From Gordius albopunctatus (taxonomy: Eukaryota): DNA of 64,000 nucleotides. Position numbers and translations under genes: made by a program. Within the stretch, counting starts at the first letter, position 1, and each line of letters begins with the position of its first letter. Location of the stretch: positions 5,518,001 to 5,582,000 of the forward strand of contig OZ193909.1 in the NCBI GenBank assembly GCA_964276515.1, in the 5' to 3' direction. Positions 38,932 to 52,020 of this stretch are shown here, one piece after another. The notes under the pieces are model-generated. The model ran no database searches and had not been told where the DNA came from. It saw only the letters and a program-made list of their open reading frames with translations.

Positions 38932-41530
38932 TTCCCCCAAGTCTTGAATCTTTCTACTTACTTTTACCTTCGATTTACACCCAGAGGTCTGGTTTGCTTA
39001 AATTTTTCTGCTCGAGCCCGTCCCAGTCTTTTTTATATCTAAATTGCCCGCTCAAACCCTTCTAAGTGTTCGCCCGACCCTGCACAAATTATTAAGGCTT
39101 ACCGAACTTCCCGGTCCTAAATGATTATCTTTTAATTATTATACTTTCCAAAAAATTTGTAATGATTTACGATTTTTTGGGGGATTAGAGCCACGATTAA
39201 TAATTATTCATATAAAAGTTACAAAGTACTACACGAAAACAAAACATACATAAAAACAAAAAAACAAACTCTAAAATATCTTATTATGCCCAAATCTTAA
39301 TATGATGCCCGAGAAGGGTAGCAGACCGACCTGTGCTTTTCTCATTTCTCCTTACACCATGAGCAAGAGAACTTAGAAAGCTGCTACGGGCAAAGGTCAA
39401 TCGGCCACTCGTTACAAAAACTTAAAAGCCCGGGCCCGATACGAACCAATTAAAATATTATATGATAGACTCGACCTCTGGCCGATAATTATATATAAGG
39501 CCCGAACCCGGCGGTCTGTTATAGGACTTGATTTTGATTTTTTTCTATTTCTTTGCAATCTTTTAATTGAAATATATATACGCGTTACAAATGGTAATTA
39601 CAATCATGCAATTAAACATTGTATTAACTTATTCGAATGTTTAAAGATTTTCAAAATATATGATTGGATTGGACCACGTCTCTATATTATCAATTAATAG
39701 ATATCAGATCAAACGCGTTTTGAGATACTTATAAATGAATGAACGAGGGAAATATTTTATTTTGCATCTTTGTTTATACTTTACAATACTCAAAAAATCG
39801 AATGATTTTTTAACGGGTTTTCACCTGATCTAACTCATATATAACCCCTACACGAGTCCGCTAGGTAGATACGATTTATTCTAAATGAAGAAATAGAAAT
39901 ATTGGAATATAATTCTGGCAATACGTATAATAATCAATTACGTGTAACGATTAATTATAAAAAGCCTATTTTTCAAGTTTATTTTAAAATAGAAATATTA
40001 AAATTAGGTAAATATTATGCATAAAATTTAATTGTTAGACTTTATAGAAGTTTTTTAATATATAAAGCAGTGGGAAAGAGGGCAAAAAGTACACAGTTAA
40101 AGATTTGGTTGGAAAAACAACACGTAGTTCATCGCGTTGATTTCCGAAACAGAATTAAAATATAAATAAATAGTATACGAATGAGCAAATTACGAAAAAG
40201 TAATTAAATCTTGTAATCTATCTCTTGCGTTCCACTAAATATTAATTAAATGTAATCGAGCAAACCTTTCCACACGATTCAATTATTTTTTAATGTTTAA
40301 TTCTTTTTAAAGGCCAAATAAAATAAATAACTGCAAACAAATATATCAACAAAATAAATCGTTTTTACTCACTCGTTAAGCCATAAAAATAAAAAGTTCA
40401 TATTATTTCAACACTATGCTTTTTATGTTACTATCAAGTATCAATAATCAATACAAGCTTTAATTCAATTAGATCAACAACATCGCAAGCAACAATTGAT
40501 TTAAAAATTAAATGCGTCGATTTTAGTTTACCATTCCTCACTCCATCATTCAAACATCTAGTGAGGTAAATTATTAAATAACTAATGCATGTTAACAAAT
40601 AAAATATAATTTAAATATTGGAAATAGTTTAAAGTGCTAAAAACTTTATTTAAATAACTATATAGTAATTTCAATGTAACTAAAATGATATTTTAATATC
40701 CCAAAGCGAAAGCAGTTACAATTTTGTTAAAAGTAACTGAGACTTCTTATAAAAACGCTCTTTTATTAAATACTGTCTCCATGTATGAAACCAAGCGTCT
40801 TTACAACTAAGATTAGCGCAATTTATTTGAAAATATTAAAATGAAGGACTATTAATTATAATATTATGCCGTCTTTAAATAAGCATAAATTTATTTATTT
40901 TTTGAAAAAGTTTTTTATTTACGTTGATAGAGTTTAGATTAGCTATACAATTTACCGATTTTAAACTTTCTGACTCTTTAAAAAAATTGCTAATTAATAG
41001 AAAATTTTAAAAGAAATTGCTCGCATTATTTAAATCCACATCAGTTTTGCCAACCATACCAGAAATTTCTGGTAATACATTGGGTAACGTTATAAAATAA
41101 CTTTTATCATGAAATTTTTTTGATATTCTCCTATGCTAGGAGTTTATTACAATGATAATTTATTGATTTAATGAGGGAGAATTGGAAATATGATACCCGA
41201 CTTAATTATGACTTTATTGTAGCACGAATATATAATCATATTCATATGTTATGGCCACAAATATTATTTTAAAGGCTTAATTCAATGACAAAGGGTTAAA
41301 AAATAAATGGGAGAAATTTCTAATCTTTAAATTTTGGTTCTTACGATTTCTAAATACCATTGGTGTTTTTAAAAATGAAGTCCACCAAAAATAGGTTGAT
41401 AAAGTTGGCTGGCTACCTAATCAATAATATTGACTTAAAATATTAGATTGAATTAAGAGAGTTAAAATTATGCAAGCGCTTTAAATTTACAGTATTATGA
41501 AAATATATATAAGTTCGAGTCGAGTAATAA

Positions 41531-43146
41531 CACAGCTCTACAAATATTGACTTTGTGTTTACATCCTGCAACCCGACCAATTATTCTAATAGAGAATTTT
41601 GCGCTGAAAAATAATCTGTTTTTAGTTTTTTTCTACAATTACTAGGTTTTTTTAGATATACGAGGTTGAAGGTGCCAAAAATGCCCTTTTTAAGCCTTTT
41701 CAATATTTAGTGAAAAATCGTAATATATTCATGTAGATTAAAGTTTAATTTTTTAATATCACCCTTATACTCAAATTTATACGCGTTTGCGTAAAACCCT
41801 TCTCCTTATCAAAATTCGTCCCACGATATCTGGTAAACGGCGTACATTAGAGTTCATATTGCGTACGCGATGTTTACTAACACATACCTCTCTCCCTTCA
41901 CCTACTCTTCTCTCTTTCTTCTCCAATCCTGCCCCCTTCACGTGTGCTTGGCTTGGATGGATATGGGGGCGGGAGTGGAAGAGATGGAGAAAGGGAGAGA
42001 GTATGGTTACCTATTCATATCTTTATTATTTGAATATTACAACTCGAACATTGATTACCTCTTCAAAAACTTAACCTTTACTATTCGAGCACTCACAAAC
42101 CTCACTATTCATATATCTTAACCTTATTATTTGACTACTCATTATAATTTAAATCTCTCGTTATTATTCACACAAGTAAACTTACTAGATGTATATAAAC
42201 ACAATATGTTACATAAAAGAATTCATTCACTTGAATCATTTGGGTTATATTAAAGTAGTAGAAACTTTTTTCTCTACAAGAGAGATGTGTTAGTAATAGT
42301 GTTGTGACGCGGGCGCGCTAGATAGCGCGCCCTAGGGTTTGCTGAGGGCGTATTGTAGTCCTAAGAAAAAGAGCCACACCCACACTGTTAGTCTCCTTTT
42401 CTGGTAAAGTCATTCAGTGTGGGTATGTTGAATACCGACCACTAGCTAGTTTATTATTTTTCCATAGAGACCCGATAGACCATTAGATATGTGCTAAGGG
42501 GGTGTTATTAGCTAGTTTTTATTGTCATGATCATCAATACGATGTGTCCTGCATTTGTTTCATCAATATGATGGTTAATGTAACTAATGTAATGGCACAC
42601 GTGGCGGTTCTATTTTCTACAATTTAGGACCATGGGGGAGGGGATTAGTAAGATAAAAGGGACCTTACACTAGACAAGCGCGTCTTACGATGGACCTTTA
42701 TAAGGGTGTGGCTTCTTAGCCTCTTTCTTCCTATTAAGGCGCGTCTGTAAAATGCCGCGCCCCATAACAACTCTAGTAAACAGCGCGTTTGTAGTATGTA
42801 CTCTAATTTACTCCTTTTTCCAGACATAGTGGGACGGATTTTGATAAGGAGAAGGGGTTCACAAAAACGCGAATAAATTTAAATATAGAGGTGTAACAAA
42901 AAAATTAATTAATGGACGACCTATAGATGAGACTTTAATCTACATGAATATATTACTATTTTTCACTAAATATTAAAAATACCGAGGCAATATAGCCTCA
43001 AAAAGTCTTAAAAAGGGCATTTTTGGCACCTTCAACCTCGTATATCTAAAAAACTAGTAATTGTAGGAAAAAACTAAAAACAAATTATAAAATTCTCTGT
43101 CAGAACTATTGGTCGGATTGCGGGATGTTTTTTTTGTAGATCTGTG
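41531..43146. mobile_element. Foldback DNA element with long TIRs (about 350 bp), CAC..GTG ends and TAA TSD (Chapaev3/CMC-like)
   Basis: 41531-41880 is the inverse of 42773-43146; TAA|CACAG..CTGTG|TAA. Internal 42085-42278 matches 4840-5025. Confidence 0.75.
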
Positions 43147-45682
43147 TAATAGCAATTATTTTGTGAACCTTAAAAGTACGTTTTCTATTTTTTATGCTAG
43201 AAGTTAATCTTTAATTTTCGTAGGAAATAATTTGTGCTAAACATATTTTATATACGTCGGAATAAACGTTTTATAAATAAATATAATCTTAATTTGCTAG
43301 TGTTCGTACAATAAAACATTTTTGACAAAATTTAGAAAAACAATTTTGAAATTTAGTTGCAGGGGGGGTTCTCTAACCTAAACCACCCCCTCCTTTTATC
43401 TTGTTCTTGTGTAAGCCACTTCAAATAAATCTTACATTATTTTGTAAAGGTATTTATAAATTAACGTAATAAATATAAAATCGGTAATTAAATATTTTTT
43501 ACAGCTCTTATCTAACAGGTTTAATAAACTTAACGACAAAGGGTCATATATTTCAAAGGATATAGGGTGGGCATGAGTGATACTAAAATAGCAAATTTTA
43601 TGACTATTTTTAAGTATAACGTGCAGGAATGTAAATCTTATTTAGTATATATATTTGGAGGTAAAAATTATCATTATTTAGCAACCACAATGAAGGTGTC
43701 GATCTAACACAAGCTCAATTATACCCTTCTTAATATATTGTCTTCTTTTATGAAAAATGTTTTATCGAAGGGGGGGGGCTGCGTAACGGCTAGGGTATAA
43801 ATCTAGATATTTGTTATAAAAATTAGTCCGGGATGATAATGAAAATCCTTGATTTAAAACTAAAACCACTTAAGACTTCTTAGTTTACTCCAAATCTGTT
43901 CGCCCACAATTTTTAAATTTTTTGGACGTTGATTTTAAATATGAATGAAATTCTCCCTCTTGAGCCCTTTAAAATTAATATCTGCCTAAAATATCTTTAC
44001 GGGTGTTGATGTGCCTTGCAATAATAATATGGGTGTTACAAAATAATGGAAATCAATTTGGCGTTTGTTTTATATTAAATGAGACACGTATCTAATTGTA
44101 AAATCTTGTTCAAACTAACACGGCATTCGTAATGTGCGCTGACAAGACCATTATTTACATATTAAACCTATGACTTTTATATTAATCATTAAATGGTAAC
44201 AATATTCATAGATTGGCATTTAACCTAAATAATCACACTTGATCAAACCACTTTTTCCTATAGCTCTTGGTCACACTTTGTGGTCAGCTCCTTCAATTAG
44301 CTTTTCACTTATACCTGCACTTAAACCAGCTTCTCTTTAGCTCATACCTTTACAAGTCCCCATCTATTTTATGTTTCTATGTCAGCTTAGGTCTCCCTCT
44401 CTTTCGCTTACTTTCGACTTGCACCTACTTGATACAATGCCAGGTGATTTTCTGCCGTCTCTTCAAATGGCCATATCATCTCAATCTTTTTACAAGCAAC
44501 TTTCTCTTAATCGGAACTACATTTAATTTATTCCTGATTTTTAGATTTTCTATATCTTCCTTTTTGCTTAATCTGAAGATGCATCTTAAAATTTGCATCT
44601 TCATTGTAGCCAAGCTTTGCTCTTCTTTTGCCTTAATTGCCCAAATTTCCGCTCCGTACAATACCGTGGGCACGATAACGGTATTATATACTCGTCCTTT
44701 TAATTTGAGTGGTATGTGTTTGTTTAACTACCTACTCAATTCCCAGAATTTTGGTTAATCTGTATTTATTCTTGCCTTAATTTCACTTTTCACGCACCCA
44801 TCACACTGTACCATAGATTGAGATATCTGAATTTTTTCTTATTACTTTAACAGCAGTCATTGATTTGCTGATTTGTTTCATTGTATTCATTACCCGACTC
44901 CAAGCATATGTATTTAGCTTTATCTTGGTTGACCCTAGGGTCATTGCTTTCAATTCGATCCTTCCACATCTATACCTGCGCTGCTTCCAAATTTAAAACT
45001 GCGCACCACACTATATCATCCGCAAAGGCTCTTAGTCATCTAATTCCCCATTGTTATGAAGAGCAATGGAATTTGTGACGATCCTGGATGCAAATCGCTA
45101 GCCTGAATCCTTTTGATATACTACTGGATGTCCCTATTTTGGTTTTTGCGTTACTATACATATCCTTATTATATATAAGCGTCTATATCATTAGAAAAGC
45201 AGGCTATCCCATAGCAACTGCCTGAAAGTTTATCAAAAGCTTTCTCAAGATCAATGAAATACTTATGAAGATCCTTCTGCTTTTCCTTAGCGTAAGCCCC
45301 CCATGGACAAAAAAAGATTGAATTTTTATTTGAAATTATAGGGAAAATTTCAATGATATTGATAGGAGCCTTGTTAGTGTTGCGCATAAAAAAATTATAG
45401 ATAATCTTAATTAATTTGATATTTAATTTTAAATGAAATCTACTAATTCTAACACTACTTATAAATAAAATTTCTGTCCCGAGTGCGTGTTTTCTAATAC
45501 GAATAAGTTTAACTCTTAATTAATTCTCTAAAAAACTATCTCAACCTCTAAAATAAACGAGGAAGATGCTAATACAAGCCAAATTTTAATAAAGGTAATT
45601 AACAATTTTATTTTTCTAGGTATTTAACTTACATTGGTTCCTTGTTCTGACACCATGTATTGCATTGAAGTTGACTTTCCAG

Positions 45683-46768
45683 TAGTGCTGTAAACATTTG
45701 TAAAAAAATCGAACGCGTTCAACGTTCATTGACAAAAATCGAACGCGTTCACGTTCACGTTCGTCTAAAAAGAAAAGGAACGCGTTCACGTTCGTTCAAA
45801 ATTTTATGATACATTTTTTAAAAGTTTAATTTAATATAAATAAATTTCTTATATTTTTTAATACAATAAATAGCCATGATAAAAAATAATAGTTTTATTT
45901 CGACAATATAATTATAAATCCATATAATCTATTTTCTTATTTATTTTTAATAATAATTGTTTTTCAAAATTGTCTTCTGATAAACAGGAACGCTTGGCAG
46001 TTAATACAGCATTAGCTATACTAAAAACCTGCTCCACAGGGGCAGATGAGGGGATTGGAGTATTATACTTAATAAACAAATTTTTTAAAGGAGGAAATTT
46101 ATTAAAAACTTTTAATAATTTGTCCCTCGCTTCAAAAAATTGCGACAAGATATCATCCTCCAATGCGCCCTCTACATCCTCGCCAAAAAATGATATCTCG
46201 GAATTGACAGCTCTTTCATTATCAATTCTAGGGGTTTCAATCCCTTTTTTCAATAACACTAAAAGTTTATTCTTTATAGGTTCATTTTAATTATTGAATT
46301 TGATCTTTTATATGAAACGAGTGAAAAATATTTTTCATATTTTGGCCATGGCAATTTCAATTCATCTGCTGATTTTGAATATTCAGAATCTGAAGATGAC
46401 GACGATATAATATTATGATTGTCCATATTAACCTATAAATTAAACTATAATTAATAATATCAAACTAATTAACTTTAATCTTATCTTCTTTTTCACGTTA
46501 TAGTATGTTAAAAGTATTTCGGAATCGGTAATAGGAAACAGGAAAAACAGCTGAATAAAAAATATAATAATTTTTTGTTAAAAATTCGGATTGACATTAA
46601 TTTTCAAATAAATAAAAACAAAAAAGGGTTTTTTAAATTGAAAGAACGTTAAATTCGAACGCGTTCATCAAAACAGGAACGCGTTCACGTTCAAAGTTCA
46701 CCAAAAAATAAAAGAACGCCATTCATGAACGCGTTCATAAAATTTAAACGCGTTCACTTACAGCACTA
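45683..46768 (-). mobile_element. Internally deleted hAT transposon, copy 2
   Basis: Near-identical inverted copy of 8069-9133; TIR TAGTGCTGTAA; perfect TSD CTTTCCAG. Confidence 0.93.
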
Positions 46769-47039
46769 CTTTCCAGGCATGAATCCAAATTGTCGTTCAT
46801 GAAAAGTTTAGCTTTTATAATCTTTTTCCCCAAATACATTGCGTGACTCGTTAACTTTATCTCCCGATGATTATTGCTCTCTTGTGCATAGATTGGTATA
46901 ACATAGTTTCCCTTTAATCATCAGGCATCACACAACTTTTAAGTAATTTGTTAAAAAGCATTGCAAGGAAATGTACATATAAGGGCCCTAGCCATTTGAA
47001 GCCTTCCATAGGCATATCACCGTTCTACCATTGGTCATA

Positions 47040-49280
47040 TTTTTTTAGAATTGACATGCTTTATTAAATAAAAAGTATTAAATATTGAGCGGGATCGTTA
47101 AAAAGATAGAAGAACAAAAACATTTATAAAAGTGATTAAAACACATTATCATCAAAGAATAAAAATTAGATTTAGCGATCCCGATGGCAATTGATTGTCG
47201 TAGTAAAAAACTATTCGACATTTTACAAGGGGCGAGCGTTTATTGAGTTCTTTACAAAAATTAATGCCCTCTTCCCAAACGTCTCTGAGCACGATGAGAC
47301 GATAGGAATAAAAATCGAGGTTTGTGATAAAGCTGAATATTTTAAGGATTTACGATGCTCTGCCGATCCTAGGGGGTCGTAAGTATCGTTGGAAGGGGCA
47401 AATAGGTCAATACAGGTGTAGTCCCATTTTAGGAAAAGGCCTTTGTTCCATGGGATAAGTGACAAACCGTACGGATGCATCCGCCCTTCGAGAGAGGGAT
47501 CTGAGCAGTGAATTTATTTTTTGGTGCCTACCATACTGGCTTTTGTTAAATTTACAATGCAGAGGGTGACGTGCTTCCTCATCTACAAGTGAATTACAAA
47601 GCCGGCGGGGGTATGGGGACGTGTATTTACAGCCCAAGTGGAGGGCTATATTGTAGGACAGGGTAGGATTCTCCAAAAACATACCCGAAAACTTACTAGG
47701 GTAAGCTTCAAGCCATTCATGACCGGATTGGTCGAAAGCCAATGACATAAGATTGCAATGCTGGAGAGGAAGAAATAAACGCGGCTAGGGAAATCGCAGA
47801 TGGTGAGCGAATACCTAGACCACCGGATTTTGTGGGAAGTGTGGCTTGAAGCCAAGTATTGGTGTTAAAAAAATATTTAAAATTGATTCAAGAGTGGATT
47901 TAAACAAGTTTTCATAGTCGTGTAAAACTTCTTTAAATAAAAAGCTTGTGTGGAGCGGAAGCAGAATAAAATTTTGTTAATGTTGTAATAATTTTTTATA
48001 ATGAAAAAGGAATGATGAGAGGGCATAGATTTAAAAATGTCTAATTTGGTTATTAAAAAAGAGAGGTTTTTGTCTAAAAATTTTTTGAGGCATTCAGGGC
48101 CCCCTATAGGTGCGCCTAAAACATACATAATGTCTTTTTTAATTTTGGCAAAGTCAAAAAACTTTGGGTGAATGGTATCCAAGTCAGAATATATTTCACT
48201 TTTAGAGGCGTTTAAACATAAGTTTAAAGTGGGGAAGAAAGCTTGTATTACTTTTAGTGCTTAGACTAGGTTGTCAGGGGTGCCAACAAGAGTGGTGTCA
48301 TCTAGATACCAGACATTAAGAGTAAGTTTACAGTGTTTGTTAATTTCGTTAATTAGGTGATTTATGGCCAAGCAGAATAAAGGGGGGCCTAGAGGATCGC
48401 CTTGTTGGATCCCTTCTGCGGATTCGAGGAAGAATTCTCCAAATTTCAAAATCGAAGGGCAACCATAACTTAAAATGATGTAGTTGGTGTAGTGGGGAAA
48501 CAGCTTGATAAAACCATTAATGAAGGCAGTGCGGCGAATGCTATTGAAAGCATTTTTAAAATCCAGTCTTATAAAGGAGTCACGCAGAGGGAGGTGTTCC
48601 AGAGCTAAGCGTGCGGCATGGGTAGCTATCTCGCACCCTCCTTTGACCCCGAAGCCTAGTTGATGCGATATTAAAGTAGGGGTCAATATTGGTTTGATCG
48701 CCGAGCAAATTAATTTGGAAATAATTCTTTGGAAGACACCGCCGATAGCGATAGACCTGGCTGAATTGTCGGCCTTCCTTATAGCTAAAAGCTTAGCTCC
48801 AAAGACTATGGGCGTTATTTCTTTAGGTATACTCCCATTGACTAAAAGGTTAAAAAAATGTTTGAGAACAATTTCTTCATATGATTTTTGTGGAGGACTC
48901 AAAAATGAATTGTTTTCTTCAAGGTATCTCATTGCGCTTTTGATGTTGAATGAGTGAATTTTTCTAGACATTTTATTCACTTTTTGTTTGGGGGTTAATA
49001 TTTGAGATTCCTTTCTGTCCATGTTATATGCTGGAGGGCTGTTTTGACTGTCAAAATTTAAAAATGATTGTTTAATATTATGAGTAATATTTGCTTCCTT
49101 GTCGAGGAATAGATAAAATGTAAAAAGAGAATTTAAATAATTTGTCCCAATAGGATAGGTTCTGAGGGAGAGAAATAATATTGTAAAGTAAGTTTATTAA
49201 AAACTGTTGCATGCACGCCCGGGCCCCCTTGGAATTCTGGATATGGTTGGTGGGAATGCTTTAGATAAAAAGGCTCTGCT
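47040..49280 (-). mobile_element. CRE-clade LINE, second copy with internal deletions
   Basis: Closely matches 454-3036 in the RT and RLE regions; same 3' end; extends about 140 bp further 5'. Confidence 0.9.
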
Positions 49281-50449
49281 CCATGTCATGTCATTTTTTT
49301 CATTTGTAGTCAACCTCTTTTTCTGTCACTTCGAACTCTGGGTCATATTCATAGTTCTTACCCGAAAACACATTTTCATTGTGTAATGATTATTTATAGT
49401 ATGCCTCCTAGAGACCTGCACGGCCCGGCCCGCGTGCCGGGCTTGAACGGGCTTCTGCTTAAAAATAAAACAACGGACCGCGCCTGGACGGGACGATATA
49501 TAACGTAACGGGCTCAGGCCGGGCCTAGTTATACTTTATTGCCCGTTAAAAGCCCTTTAAAAAATTAATTATATTTAGTATAAAAGAAGGTGTTTTTATA
49601 ATGTTCTAATTTGTAATTTATTTTATCTATATTAAATTAACAAGGAAAGTTAAATTTTGTTTCCATCCTAGTTCATTAATTCATCAATAGCTCAACCCGC
49701 ATTATAAATGTTAAAGATAATTTATACACGTGATCCCATGGGCGGAACCAATTTAAATTGGAGAGGGACAGTTTAAATAGGGCAAAAAATGTTTTTCCAT
49801 CAGGAATTTTTGGATTTGGAGGGGTGCAGCTGCCCATATTTACCTCCTCATTTATACCCTCTAGCAATATTGAGTGAATTAATTTAATATTATTTAAATT
49901 TTTTTATATTAATTGTTATGCAATTTATGGCTCTCTTTTGGTTATCCGTCCTGTCCTGTCCAACTTGTAATTTTTCAATAATTGTGGTGGAAACTTTTAG
50001 GGGTTTTTAATGGCTGTGGACTTATGCTTCTGTGAAAGACTTTTATTTAGCTGACCGCTGATGGGCTTTACTTTTTTCGACCTCGCCTAAGCTCAAATTC
50101 CATTATTGTTTTTGTGCCTGACTGATTACCTTTATTAATAAATTTATTTTGGCAATTTGTCTAGGTTGTTAATTTATAACGGATGAATGCGAAACTGGCT
50201 AAATAATTCCCTGCAGATTAATGCTGACCGTTGCTAACTTCTACTTTATCTGAGCCCGGCCAAATGCCAAGATTTATATACTAAATCATTAACAAATTTA
50301 AAAACAAATTCTAAAATTTATTTCCTCAAGTTTCTTTTATCACTGTTTTCTCATTTTATATCAATAACCTAATTATTTAAAATGGTGGCGAAACAAAAAA
50401 GCTAAGTAGTTTTATTAAAATATTATAACCTTAAATAAGGGTTTTAAAA

Positions 50450-52020
50450 GTTTATTTGGCTTATATGATTTTATGTATCCTGAAGTCCCACTTGAAGACA
50501 GTGATATGAACAAAAGAGGGCAGGTATGCGTAAACACGTGAAGCGTAAAAAAGAGCGAATGAATATGGCGAGGTTCTTCGTGCTTTTATAGGTGCGTGTC
50601 ACGTGTTGCATGGGATTTCGGTTCCGTTTTCCTCGGTTGTATCGCTGGGATTTTCGTCGTCCAAAAACCCCAGATCTATTTCGCCTTCGTCGATTTCCTC
50701 CAGGTCGGGAAGCGTTGTTCCTTGCGGGCTATGTTTGTTAATTGGTTTGGGACCGAGTATCTTTCGGGGGGCATCCAAGTGCGAGATGGTAGGTCCGTTG
50801 GGTTTCTATCTGTTGCTACACATCGTAGGTTAAAATGAAGTCGGATCAAGTGCGATAGGTCGTATGCTGCGACGAAATGCGCTATGATATTTTCGATTGT
50901 TGGTGAGTTAGACCCGCCTTTTAGGGGGACGAAGTACGCGGTGCTCGAGTCTGTGAATACTTTTGGGAACCGGTACCCGTTGTACATGGCGTGTAGGTAT
51001 GGATATATGGCGGCGAGGGTTTCGGTGGCCGTTATATGGTTTTCATGAGGCCATGTTAATCCAATAGCGTCGGCGGCGTCCTGGAAGGTGATTGAGAAGT
51101 TGACGTCGTTCCACGAGATGCCGATGTGTGATTCAGAGGCATCGGCGTAAATGATGGTGTCGTGTTCGTGATACAGTGGGACGATTTGTGGTAGTAGCGC
51201 CATACAGCTTAGGAGTTTGGCTTGGGCTGCTAGAGGTGCAGGATGTCAGCAGCGTATTTGAGGCGTTCCTGCATTTCAGGCGAGCATTTGATGGAGTGTG
51301 TCTCGAAGTCCAATATGAGACCCAGGTACTCGAGATTTGTCTCCGGACGCCAGGATGACTTGTTGGTATTTATCGTGATGCCTCAGTCGGCGGCTAGCGC
51401 TGCGATGTTGCCTAGGTTCTCTGATACATCGTCGTCTTCCTCGGCGAAGATGAGAATGTCATCAAGGTATACGTTATAATTACATTTTTGTACTGCTTTT
51501 TTGACTAGGTAGGCCATGATGGTCTGCAGGACATAGAGTGAAAAGGAGGCACCCATTGGCAGGACGTTATACTGAAAAAGCTTGTCCCGCCATTTATAGC
51601 CGCAATACATTTTTGCGTTCCTATGTAGTGGTATGCTGAAAAACGCAGCTTAAAGATCGATCTTGGCTGCCTAGTTAGCCATTGCTAACTTCTTGGCAGT
51701 AACGGGAATGGTAGCTAGCTTTACGGGCAGATGCTTGAAATTCTTTGAAGCATCTGATAAATTCGTAATTACTCTAGCGTCCCCGTTACGCTTAGCGATG
51801 AAGAATGTTGCTGATGTGATGGCTCATCGTGGTGAATAAGATTGGGCTTCCTTTTGAGATTCTTTCACGGCGGCCTGGCCGGAACATACCGTTGTTGCGC
51901 TGTATTTTTGGTAAGTCCAGCGGGGGTTTGAAGCCTTCAAACGCCACTTTTAACGTGAAAGGGGACATCAACGGGTGTGGTTTTAGCCGCGTTGTTTTGA
52001 TGTCCAAAGGCCCTGTGGGC
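50450..52020 (-). pseudogene. Second DIRS/hepadnavirus-like RT-RNase H element (element B), 5'-truncated and decayed
   Basis: RT motifs FFIAKRNGDARVI, KIDL*AAFFSIP, YNVLPMGASFS, YNVYLDDILI. RNase H motifs YADAS, HITATETLAA, FTDS, CVATDRNPTDLPSR. Its N-terminal block LKPHPLMSPF..GFKP matches element A (LRPHHSQSPF..GFKP). The 3' boundary is uncertain. Confidence 0.85.
50557..50590 (-). promoter_or_regulatory. TATA box + Inr downstream of the element B polymerase
   Basis: Minus-strand TATAAAAG (50590-50583) and TCATTC whose A is at 50560, 30 nt from the first T. Confidence 0.55.
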
